NCBI GenBank assembly: GCA_030390025.1
Contig: CM059432.1
Location: 45,138,001 to 45,202,000, forward strand
Direction of reading: 5' to 3'
Length of the DNA stretch: 64,000 bases
Source: Squalus acanthias
Lineage: Eukaryota
Notes under the pieces: model-generated
What the model was told of the DNA's origin: nothing
The model's database searches: none
What the model saw: only the letters and a program-made list of their open reading frames with translations
Position numbers and translations under genes: made by a program
Part shown: one piece after another, positions 25,917-36,745 of the stretch
Layout: each line of letters begins with the position of its first letter
Position numbering within the stretch: position 1 is the stretch's first letter

Positions 25917-26576
25917 TAGGAAAGCAAATGGCATGTTGGCTTTTATTGCTAGAGGTTTGGAATGCAAGAATAAGGAAGTCTTGCTACAATTGTACAGGGC
26001 CTTGGTGAGACCACACCTGGAGAACTGTGCACAGTTTTGGTCTCCTTATCTAAGGAAGGATATACTTGCCTTGGAGGCGGTGCAACGAAGGTTTACTAGG
26101 TTGATTCCTGGGATGAGAGGGTTGTCCTATCAGGAGAGATTGAGTAGGTTGAGCCTATACTCTCTGGAGTTTTGAAGAATGAGAGGTGATCTCTTTGAAA
26201 CATATAAGATTCTGAGGGGGATTGACAGGCTAGATGCTGAGAGATTGTTTCCCCTGACTGGAAAGTCTAGAACTAGGGGGCACAGTCTCAGGATAAGGGG
26301 TCGGCCTTTTAAGACTGAGAGGAGGAGGAATTTCTTAACTCAGAGGGTTGTGAATCTTTGGAATTCTCTGCCCCAAAGGGCTGTGGATGCTCAGTCATTG
26401 AGTATATTCAAGGCTGAGACAGATAGATTTTTGGACTCTAGAGGAATCAAGAGATATGGGGATAGGGCAGGAAAGTGGAGTTGAGGTTGAAAATCAGCCA
26501 TGATCTTATTGAATGGCGGAGCAGGCTCAAGGGGCCGTATGGCCTACTCCTGCTCCTAATTTTTATGTTTTTATGT
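25917..26576 (+). mobile_element. 5'-truncated CR1 with complete 3' end
   Basis: ORFs 25933..26175 and 26179..26484; 3' stem-loop and TTTTATG tail. Confidence 0.92.
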
Positions 26577-27437
26577 TTTCTGTTTATATTTCAGGTTTCC
26601 AGTGTCTGCAGTATTTTGGCTTTGTACAATGAATTATGTTAGTTGCTTTTTTTTTTAAACTGAGAGGTAATGTTGGTGATATCACAAAATGCCCACAGTC
26701 ATATACATCACCAGCATATTTTATTGTAAAATGTTATATTTAATTAGTTTTGTATCACACAGATATGCATGGGGTAGAAATTGGACCTAAGGAAATAAAA
26801 GTGCTTGTTAAATTACTTGAAGGCCTAATTAAAGGCCTATGATAAGTAATGTTTATAGATTTTCATTTTGATGTAAGGAATAAAGGAAAACTGAGTTCCG
26901 AACTCTCATTCAGAATGGGAGTTAGTGATAGACAAGTACATATAAATCTATTTTTAACTCAGTTACAGGTCAATACTTTCATCACACAGGGTATTCAGAT
27001 TGATGCATAGATTTATAGAGTACATTAAGATGAACAGAATAAGGAAATTTGGGCAATCTGATGGAATCAAGATGGAAGAAATGACCTTTATAACAGTAGC
27101 TCATGACCTGGCAATTGGTATGCAGAAATCTGTTGATATGATTACATAGTTCAGGTTTAGATTTGTGGATGGCATGGACTAAAGTTAAATATACATGAGA
27201 AGTAGAAAATCCAATTTATTTGAATTGGAAAATATTTAAAACAGAAACCAGAAAAGATGGGACAGGAGAAGCATACAATGAAGAAAACGTAAAACTATAA
27301 TCATATCGGAAATAGCTGTGATGAGTGAGGAGGTGTGAAGAAATTAAGTAAATTAATAAACAAGAACTCAAAAATAGGAATTACTATATTATTGATAAAC
27401 TTAAGTCTGTATGTTAACACAACAAGCCAGAATCCAA

Positions 27438-28116
27438 AGGGATGATTTTAACCCTATTTGCCTGCAATTAAAATCACCTGAAAGTCTTACCCCCTGATGT
27501 CCCGCTCCCTGTCCATAGTCTTCCATTTGAACCTACTCTTCTGAGCAGCTGGTAATAACACCCACCAGAAACTGACGGTGCCCTTTTGAAAATAATGACA
27601 TAATCAGGGGCCGACTGCTATTTTAACCAGTGGCCTGAGCAGGGAAGTCATTGTTCCTTTCCTGCCAGGTCAAACTAACAGGAAGAAGAGTCGTAGCCAG
27701 AGAAGCCTAAACAGGGAAGTTTAAAAAAAATTTTAACTTTCCTTTTGGAGCCGGGAGGAGCAGGAGTGCTCCTCTGGGCCCCACGAGGAAGTTTAGGGCT
27801 CCCATTGCTCGGGTTCCTCCCCCCCCCGCCCAAGCCCCCACCCCCCCGCCCTGCGAATTGCGAGGCCTCTCGAAACTCCCTCCCCTGATTCAACTGAGTG
27901 CAGGGATCGCGCCCGTAGTCCTTGGCGACAGCTTCCTGCCGCCCAACATTCAGCTCCCTCCCCGCTGGCCAACTGGCATGTCCCTTGGCCGGGCAACTGA
28001 CCTGAGGCGTGAGATGCGGCCTGGACATTAAAACTATCTGGGCCTCACATTGCCGAGGTCAGGACAGTTAGCCACGCAACTCAGCCCAATTCTTTCCCTG
28101 AGTTAAAATCATGGCT
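27438..28116. mobile_element. Non-autonomous Harbinger-like element
   Basis: Imperfect TIRs AGGGATGATTTTAAC / GTTAAAATCATGGCT; flanks CAA/CAA. Confidence 0.65.
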
Positions 28117-28254
28117 CAAGTGTGGAAAAAAGTAAATGATGGAGACTAGAGTTAAACTTTATGCAACCTTGCTCCACCGGTGGGACCACCGCATGCAGCA
28201 GGCGGCTTATCAAAAAATTGCAGCGCACATCCCAATATTTTCTGAAAAGTTGCC

Positions 28255-28812
28255 TCTGCCTACAAGTGCCCAGTCCTCACTGTTTTTAAGCCATGTTTCC
28301 GTTATTCCCACAACATCATATTGCCACACGGCTAATTGTGCTTGTAGCTCACCAACCTTGTTCACCACATTTTGTGCGTTTACGTACATGCATTCTAAAC
28401 CCATTTTTGAATTTTTCGTAGTCTTTCTTAGTCTGCTCCCATCTAATATGTTTCTACTTCCACCTCTAGTACTACTTTCTTCTCTAGTACTATCCAACAC
28501 TCACTCTTTTATGCACCTTATTCCTCTTTTCTACTCCTATATGCTGGTGCCCATCCCCCTGCCAAGCGAGTTTAAACCCTCCCCAACAGCACTGGCAAAC
28601 CTCCCGGCGAGAATATTGGTCCCGGCTCTGTTGAGGTGTAACCCATCCGGCTTGTACAGGCTCCACCTTCCTCAGAAATGGTCCCAATGCCTCAGGAATC
28701 TAAAGCCCTCCCTCCTGCACCATCTCTCCAGCCACGCATTCATCTGCTCTACCCTCCTATTTCTGTAATTATTAGCGCGTGACACCTGGAGTAATCCGGA
28801 GATTACTACCTT
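28255..28812 (-). mobile_element. CR1 ORF1 end / ORF2 endonuclease start
   Basis: LECMYVNAQNVVNKVGEL..YDVVGITETWL; esterase C-terminal codons at 28570-28810. Confidence 0.85.
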
Positions 28813-29216
28813 TCTAACTAAAGGTAGTAATCTAACAACTAAGTCTAACTAACAACGGGAGCTGTTCGTTGACCAGTCACAGAAATTTTGGGCCGACATG
28901 AGAAAAGGAAACCTCTTTTACAAAGAAACCAAAATGGCAAAGAACAGAGCATCTTGAAGGAGCTTGTGATTGCACATTCAAAATTATGACTTAAAAAGAC
29001 ATAATGCATAAATAAGACACTGAGATTTCAATATTATACCATCTGCTCTGAAATAAAAGTATTTTAAATATTTGTGAATGCAAGCATAGTGCTTTTTGGG
29101 AAGGGATACATTTTTTTTTTACCAATTTCATCACCAAATTGTTGTGAGATTTCCAAAATAAAACTTCTCGTATGTGCCTTTTGAACTTGTTAACAATTTA
29201 TTTGCTTTCTTTCTGT

Positions 29217-30220
29217 GGGGGTAATTTTAACTTTGTGCGATAGTGTAAAACAGATGATAGCAATTCGGCAACCCGTTTTACATCTCTCCCAATTTTAATT
29301 TCCATTAAAGTCAAAGGGGGAGAAATTCGGTATCGCCCAATTTGGTGCGCAATTATCAGCTGGGCGCAAAGTTTAACGCCTGTCGTTAATTATCGCCTCC
29401 GACTGCAAACTTGGCTTCTACCACCCCTGGAGGTGATTGGAGCGCTAAATCAGGTGCTGCACACCTCTCTTAAGGTGCTAACGCCGAGGAGCGAGGCGCT
29501 ACCTCAGAGCACTGGTGAAGCTCATGTGATGTCAGCCAGCAATGGAACACAGACACACTGGCGCTGGCCAGTTCTTAAAGGAGAGGGTCGATCTTGCTCT
29601 CCATCCACACCCTGCTCATTGCAGCCTTGAATCTCGGCCTGGAGAGACCTGCACATTAATTCTGCTGGAAAGAACAATGGAGAGGCCCAGGGAAAGAGCT
29701 CAGAGTGCAGCCCCCATAGACTCTTCTAAATCGATGCAAGGAAGGTCAAATCAAAATGAACCTGCAAAGTGCTGCACAGTACCCAAAACTCCTTCACACA
29801 GCGTTGAATCTCTCCAGAAGTCTCTCTCTCTCAGAATGCGTGGTGCAAAAATGTCGCCGACAAAAAAAGGCAGGAAGCGGTCGCCTTTAAATAGCGTCCC
29901 CCAGTCCCTACTCAATATCCGGTCCGGGGCATTACCGGGGCATTGCACGCTCGACTGATGTCACAATCTGCGGGCGCAGGAGATCATGGCAGTAGTGTTT
30001 AGCGGCGCCACAAAATGTCTGGTCAATTTCGTGAGCGCCGCAAACATCGTCGTGCCCGGGCGCTAGTTGCGTTGCGTTCCATTAGCGCCCTCTTAAGGCG
30101 CTAACGAGAGGCACAAAGCAACCAAATCTTTCCCCCAAAATAAAATCAGTAGGGTTGTAAAATGGGCTATCGATTTGCTATCACCCATTTACACTATCGC
30201 ACAAAGTCAAAATTACCCCC
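29217..30220. mobile_element. Palindromic MITE split at its centre by another element
   Basis: GGGGGTAATTTTAACTTTGTGCGATAGTGTAAA is the inverse of TTTACACTATCGCACAAAGTCAAAATTACCCCC. Confidence 0.85.
29316..30136. mobile_element. Non-autonomous Harbinger (GCGCTAA-motif family) nested in the MITE
   Basis: GGGGGAGAAATTCGGT / ACCAAATCTTTCCCCC; flanks AAA/AAA; remnant Myb start MERPRERA at 29677. Confidence 0.8.
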
Positions 30221-30671
30221 TCTCTCTCTTTGGGGACAGGTGCATATCTGGGTAAAACATGTCTTTACTTCACAGTAAGTAGATAATAGAATATCAGGTG
30301 AATGCCGCATAACTTAATTTAATTAGAAAAATGATTTTGTGAAACTAATGTGCTTCAAGTTGTCTTTATTAATTACATAATCATCTCAAATAATTGCTTA
30401 TATAGAATGAATATTTTCGCATGAAGCACTTGTGTTAGCAGCTTTTGGCTTTGATTATAATATGTGAATTATGTCTTTAAAACTTGATGTGTGGAATTGG
30501 TTAGTTAATTTGCTGGACTTTTACAACCATATATAGTTTCATATAATAAACAGATCTTGTCTGTGATGTTACAATTTATGAGAAATGAAGGCACCACTCG
30601 GCTGCAGCCAGTTTTAATGACACAGGGCAGAGAAGAGTACTGAAAATCTCATTACGTGCAAAGCATGTCGA

Positions 30672-31071
30672 GTTCAGAGACTTGAGCACATAATCCAAGC
30701 TGACACTTCAATGTAGTACTGAGGAAGTGCTGCACTATTGGAGGTGCCATCTTTTGGATGAGACGTTAAACCGAGGCTCTGTCTGACTTCTTAGGTGGAT
30801 GTAAAAGATCCCACAGCAATATTTGAAGAAGAGCAGGGGAGTTCTCCTGGTATCCTGGTCAACATTTATCCGTAAATCAACACTGAAAACAGAATATCTG
30901 GTCATTTATTTCATTGCTGTTTGTGGGAGCTTGCTGTGCGCAAAATGACTGCCGTGTTTCCTACATTACAACAGTGACTAAACTTCAAAAGTAATTAATT
31001 GGCTATAAAGCACTTTCGGACGTCTGGAGGTCATGAAAGGCGCTATAGAAATGCTAGTCACTCTTTCTTTC
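30672..31071 (+). mobile_element. DeuSINE (SacSINE1/AmnSINE1-like), head truncated
   Basis: GATGAGACGTTAAACCGAGG..GGATGTAAAAGATCCC..CATTGCTGTTTGTGGGAGCTTGCTGTGCGCAAA..GGCGCTATAGAAATGC. Confidence 0.82.
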
Positions 31072-31250
31072 CTACATTTTCATGGAGCTATTACTGTACA
31101 AGATTAGTTCACTCCATATCTGGTGGCACTAACTTTGCACCTGTTTTAGGCTGTAACTGGCAATTTGCTTCCTTTAGAAGCCTGAAAGAAGCATTATTAC
31201 AAATACATTTTGATTCACCTCATTTCTGCTGATCCCACTATTGAATTCAT

Positions 31251-32019
31251 GGGGGGAATTTTAACCCCAAAGAATGGGTGGCTTGGGGTCGGGTGGGAGG
31301 TTAAAGTGTTAAAAATCTGAATCCTGACCCCAAACCCACCTCCAATCTGCCCACTTCCGATTTTAACGGAGGGAGGGACAGGGGGCGGGCAGCCAACCCA
31401 CTCCCAGGAGGCTAGTTGGTACTTTAAATATGATAATGAGGCTGGAAGGCTCGGATGTAACCAGTTTTGCGGGTTTAACTGTGGCCGGCCGGGGATCCTG
31501 GGCATCTAGAATCCTGGCAGCTGCAATGAGGCGAGTACAGCCTTGAGGAGCAATCCTTGTGGGCCGGGAGGAGCAGGAGTGCTTCCTCCCAGCACGCCCC
31601 CCCCCCCCCGACAAGCTCACCCACCATACAACCCCCCCATACAAAGCCCCCCTAGGGTAGGACCCCCCCCCAGGGCTGGGGATCGGACACCTCCCAGAAA
31701 CGGCCTCCACCCCCCACCTCCCCCCAACCCCCTCCCCTGAGTCAGGGATCGGACCTTCCCCTACCTGGGATCAGAATCCCATCCCCGGAGTCGGGGATCA
31801 CCTCCCCAGCCCCATGGGATCGTACCCTCCTTCCTGGGGTCGGGGCTTGTACCTACCTGGGGTTGTGGCCTCTTGTCCAAGGTTCCCTGCCCGACTGGAA
31901 GCTAGCCTGTCAATCAAGCTGGCTTACGGGCAGGGAATCTGTCCATGACATCACACGCATTTCCCATGTTTTACCAGGCCCCCTCGCACCCAATGGGTCT
32001 CCAGGTAAACATTCCGGCC
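31251..32019. mobile_element. Non-autonomous Harbinger-like element with C-rich interior
   Basis: GGGGGGAATTTTAACC / GGTAAACATTCCGGCC; flanks CAT/CAT. Confidence 0.7.
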
Positions 32020-32170
32020 CATGTTTCACAAATTCCACCACAGGAAAATTGGCATCAGCCTGATTGCTAGATGTTGAAAACTACAAAATTTATTGTAAGA
32101 AATCTTTTATGACTAAAGCATTGCATTCTGTTGAATTGGAAACACTCTTGCCTTTCCGACAAAAGGTTAT

Positions 32171-34135
32171 GGGGGAGAAATTCACTATCGCCCCGTTTGG
32201 GGCGCTAATTATTAAAAGTTTGAAAAGTGAGCGCCAGGCGCTAATGATTTCAAACTTTAGAAAAATTTGCCATTTGTGCGCCAAGAAGGAAGTGAAGCGC
32301 TAAATCAATCAGTCCACTTCCTTCTTGGAGTGCAATCGGCAGCAGGCGGGGCAGAGACTTCAGCAGCACTGCACACTGGGCCGTGCAACGTTGCCGCGTT
32401 CAAAGGCTCCTTCCCTCCCTTAAAGGGAAGAGCCATCGCTGCAGGCTCTGCAATTTAAAAAGTACCTACCTGGACCACCAAGGCAGCTGCGATCCCGCAC
32501 GATCAGCCTGGCACTCAAGCAGAGTGCTGGGCTGATTGATCATGGGCAGGAACCCACGAAAAAAACTGGAACAAGAAAGGTAAGTTTATTTTACTTACCT
32601 CGGTCACCTCGCCTTTAATCATTGTTCCAGAAGCGGCCGGCTGCCCGATGCACGCCTCCTGCAGCTATCGGTGTTTTCAACCGGCGCTGCTGCAGGGGGC
32701 GGAAGTCAATTTTGGGTCCGGGGCGCTACCGGGGCAATGCGCATGGCGATGATGTAACAATCTCCAGGCAAAGGAGATCAGGGCGCAACGTCGTAGCACC
32801 ACCGCAAAACTCCCGCCGAATATGGGAGAGAGGGATGTTGGTGGCAGACAACAAGGAGTGGGGGCTCCTCTCCAAGCGCTCAAACGACCATGCCACTGCA
32901 AAGCCCTCGGTCAGAGCCCCACCAGAGTTCTCACCCAACTGAGATGGGCGTCTCATCCCCAGGAGCAGCAGACTGTTGCCGAGCCCTCATGGCTTTGCAA
33001 TCCCAGAGGACGGCCGGCAAAGGTGTCGAGACAGGAGCAGCAAGGGGCCTCCACATCTGCTGAAGCCACAGGGGAAGCACCACGTATGAGCACGTGTAAG
33101 AGGAAGATAATGCACAAGTAGTCACAAGGGTAGTCACTTGGGTGTTATGTTGTGTTTATTTTTGAAATGCCATCAGTTGCTGGTTGTGATGAAAAATTCT
33201 GATGGCAAACTGTTGAAGTTGTGGCCTGTGTCGTTTCGCAAATGGGACTTCCACATTGAGGGCTCAGAGCGACTTACAATTGTCAGTATGGTGGTCAGAG
33301 TGATGGGAATCCGCAGGTTCTTGTCTATTGTCGATGCTCTGGTAAGAAGGTGAGAGGCAAAAGTATTTGATTGTGCAGGCTAAGCAAATCTGGCCAACAT
33401 GAGTGCGTCCCTTGCATCCCGGGCAGCAATGTGGTTGCGCGCTGGCGCCTTCTGGCCTGTGCAGCTTCAGGTGCGTGAGCAGCAGCTTGGCGCTCCTTTT
33501 GTTGCTGCTGTTGTTGGTGCTGCTGTTGTTCATGGTTCTGCTGCTGCCCCGGCTGGTCTTCGTCCGAATCTGATGTCCAGGAAGAAAGGAAATAAATGGT
33601 TCCCATGCTTCTGGTATCTGCCTCAGTTGAGGAAGCGCTCAGTCAAGGTGGGGAGAGGTGTTTCCCAGGAGGTCACACTGGAGATGGGTGTCAGGCTCCA
33701 AAGTTCCACAACAATGGGTATGCCTGCTAAAAGTCCCCCAGACCTGAGACAACAAAGTTCTGCCACCTGCAAATGATCATTGGTGAAAACTCCTTTTTAA
33801 TGGTGGAGCTGCAGCTGTTAGTAAGCAATCCACTTGTGAGGCCGCCAGGATTAACTGGCGTGTTCCAGAAGAGATGTGCAGGACGGGGGAAAAGTGTTAA
33901 AATCAGAAAGGCCTCTCAAAATGGGATTATAGAGGCAATTAACTGGTTGTTAAGGGCCTTAAGGGCCTATCCCTCCGCTTGGAGGCGGGCTGGAAACGGG
34001 GTCTGAAGCCGCGATTCTGGGAAAATTGCTTGGAGGCGGGCTGGAGGCGGGATCGAAGCTGCCCGCCATTTTTTGCGATTTTAACACCTCACACGCCTCC
34101 AATCCCGCCTCCTCGGGCCTGGCAAAATCGAGCCC
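32171..34135. mobile_element. Composite: GCGCTAA-family Harbinger left part (32171-~32822) fused to the right half of a Myb-retaining Harbinger
   Basis: Left end resembles 29316. 32826-34135 is collinear with 38716-40048, ending CAAAATCGAGCCC. Confidence 0.82.
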
Positions 34136-34439
34136 ATTATGTTCCTACAGTAAAATTTGCACAGCATGATTTCAAAGCCTAATAGAGTAAAGAATTCTTC
34201 AGGATTTTTTCTAGTGTGTACAAATTAATATACCACAATGCATAAAAATGAACAATGTTTAATAATTAGTGGTACCCATTGTATAAGACAGTCTTGGGGA
34301 GTTTTCCTTCACAGTCCTGACCAAAATCAGGAGAATGTTGGATTTCCCTCACCCTGTTTCCAGTATGATTGCCGTTCCCCACTCCTTGCCTGCCCATACC
34401 ATGTAAATGGTGGCAAGGGTGCAGGGCTTGGGGCCTCAG

Positions 34440-34765
34440 TGGATTTTCCTACTCTCTAGCACATGGTGCCACATCCTGGGGTTGCTTTGTGCAGGTAAAT
34501 ACAGAAAGCAATGCAAATACTCGAATAGAGGGGGAGTTCCGGCCTACAAGTGACTCCAGTCCCACACCAGCGTGGTTGAAACTTAAATGCCCTCGGAAGT
34601 GGCCTAGCGAGCCAGTCAGATGTATCAAACCACTACAAAGAATACCACATGAACTGCAGCGATTCAAGAAGAAAGCTCACCACCACCTTTGCAGGGCATC
34701 TAGGGATGGGCAATAAATGTCAGCCTTGCCAGTGACATCCACATCCCAGGAATGAATGTTAAAAA
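34440..34765 (+). mobile_element. 3' end of the non-LTR family seen at 8721-9685
   Basis: GAACTGCAGCGATTCAAGAAG..GGGATGGGCAATAAATG..GCCTTGCCAGTGAC. Confidence 0.65.
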
Positions 34766-36745
34766 TTTAAATATTGACAGCGGGAGATGGATGTACATCC
34801 CTTATGAACCTTTTTTTTTCCAGCTGTGCCATATTTCTAAAGATATTTCCTCTTGAATGATTGAGGTGTAAGGTGAGGATAAATGAAATTTATTATTTTT
34901 ACAATCAGGGACTATTTATGCAGTCTTTCCTTCAGAAGATTGAATAGTTGTGTCAGAGACCATGATAGAACAGATTGTACTTGGTGCAAAGAGCAGGCTT
35001 GGTGGGCTGAATGGGCTTTGCTTGTTCCATATTCTTATTCATTCACAAAACCAGGAAGGAATGATCATGTTGGTGCAGCAGGGAGACTGCTTTATTTTAT
35101 TCACCCTGATTTTCTCCCAGGAAAGTCACTTTTCCCCACATGCCCCTGCCAACTGGGATAGCAAGATAGTCTCTGCTATGGGGATCTCACTTGATGATGA
35201 CAATCTTACTCCATGACTGGTTAACAGCAAGTGCTGTTTAAGTGGGAATACAAAATATAATAGGATTCATTTCCCCTTTTTTCCCCCCAAGATATTATGT
35301 TTTGCTCCTGCTTCTATCTGTCCGATTGAAAACTGACAAATTGCATCAGGCTGTCTAGTGACTTTGAGTGACGGGTATCTCCAGGATTTGAATTAATGAC
35401 CTTCTTGTTGGAAGTCAAGCACTTTATCACATCAGCACTGGAGTACCTTAGGGAGAACACTTGTAAGGCTTGAGTGAAATATTTTATTAGGATAAGGTAG
35501 GTGACAAAGGTAACTGCATACCTGACCTTAGATACTTAACATCATCATTGGAAAACAGTAAGAAATTGTACATTTTTTATAGTTACACAATAATTGTATA
35601 TTGCTATCCATAACCGTAATAGATATTAAGCTTTTGAAAAATGGATGCAAATATTAATTTTTAAAGGAGTGATAAATTCATCACACACATATCGCAATCC
35701 CAGTTAACATCCGCACCTGGTTCATTAAAGTCACAAAGCTGAATGAGGATGCATGTCGGGTTCAATTCGTGTCAAATGAAAAGGTACCTGAGTCACTTCA
35801 ATTCTGATAGAGCTTGCCATGTCAAGTTCAATATATCTTGATTAGTCTCTGTAGGCCTCTCTCATCTAGAGAAGAAAATCTATGTCTCCTTTTCCTGTTA
35901 CTGTTATGTCCTGTTACCTAGAATATAAAGGTACTTATACTGGATAACAAAGATGTCAGTGACCATTTTAGTAAAATTAAAGGGGTAGAAATAAAAAAGG
36001 GACTTATACATGCTGGAAATCTGAACAAAAGAGCAGGAAATGCAGTGTCTGAAAAAGAAAAATTGTTAAAGATTTTGGGTGAGAGCCTTCAAATTAATAT
36101 GTTAACCAACTTTTTCTTTCAGATGTTATGTAATCATTTCTTTATCTCTGATTGGAAATCTCACACACAAAAGTAATTGGAAGGAAGAACAAATTAATGT
36201 AATTTTGGATTTAATTTTATTTATGAACTCTTGCATAATTTAATGCTCAAACTGTAAACTTCTTTCATCATTTACCTCAGAAAACTTAGGGGCTTATTTT
36301 TTAAAAATTCAGGTTTTGGTAAATTCTCTGTTCATTTTTGGCCAGGCACATAATTTAATTTTCTACAAAAATTTGGGTTTCTATTGATTTTTTGCCATTT
36401 CAAGTCATTCACCTATTGCTTGAGCAAAAACGTTACACAAATATACACACTTACAAATTTAGCTAATAATTTGGGTTGATCCAATCAACTGTCGAGTCAG
36501 TGGGTTCATTCTGCCATGACTTTAACCTTGCGCTATGGTGGAGTTTAGACTTACTTAGCTCAAGTTTAACAACTGGCTCTTCCACTGGCCTGCAATTATC
36601 TTTCCTGGTCCTGTTCCATTCCTATATTCCTTCAACCTCCTTAAAGTTTAATTAGCCACTGATGTCAACCAATTCAATGATGTAAACTAGGAGCAAACCA
36701 GCTGTCTATCATATACCCTGCCTTCAATTAATTTACACACATATA

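Larger units (their letters stand above)
24825..26630 (+). mobile_element. Penelope 3' UTR and terminus (pieces 24825-25050, 25862-25916, 26577-26630), split by a Harbinger and a CR1
   Basis: AGTT-CTGACGA-..GTC-ACC-GAC..-GAAAC, resuming AACTCTGTTTCTCTCTCCACAGATGCTGCC, then TTTTCTGTTTATATTTCAGGTTTCCAG. Confidence 0.72.
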
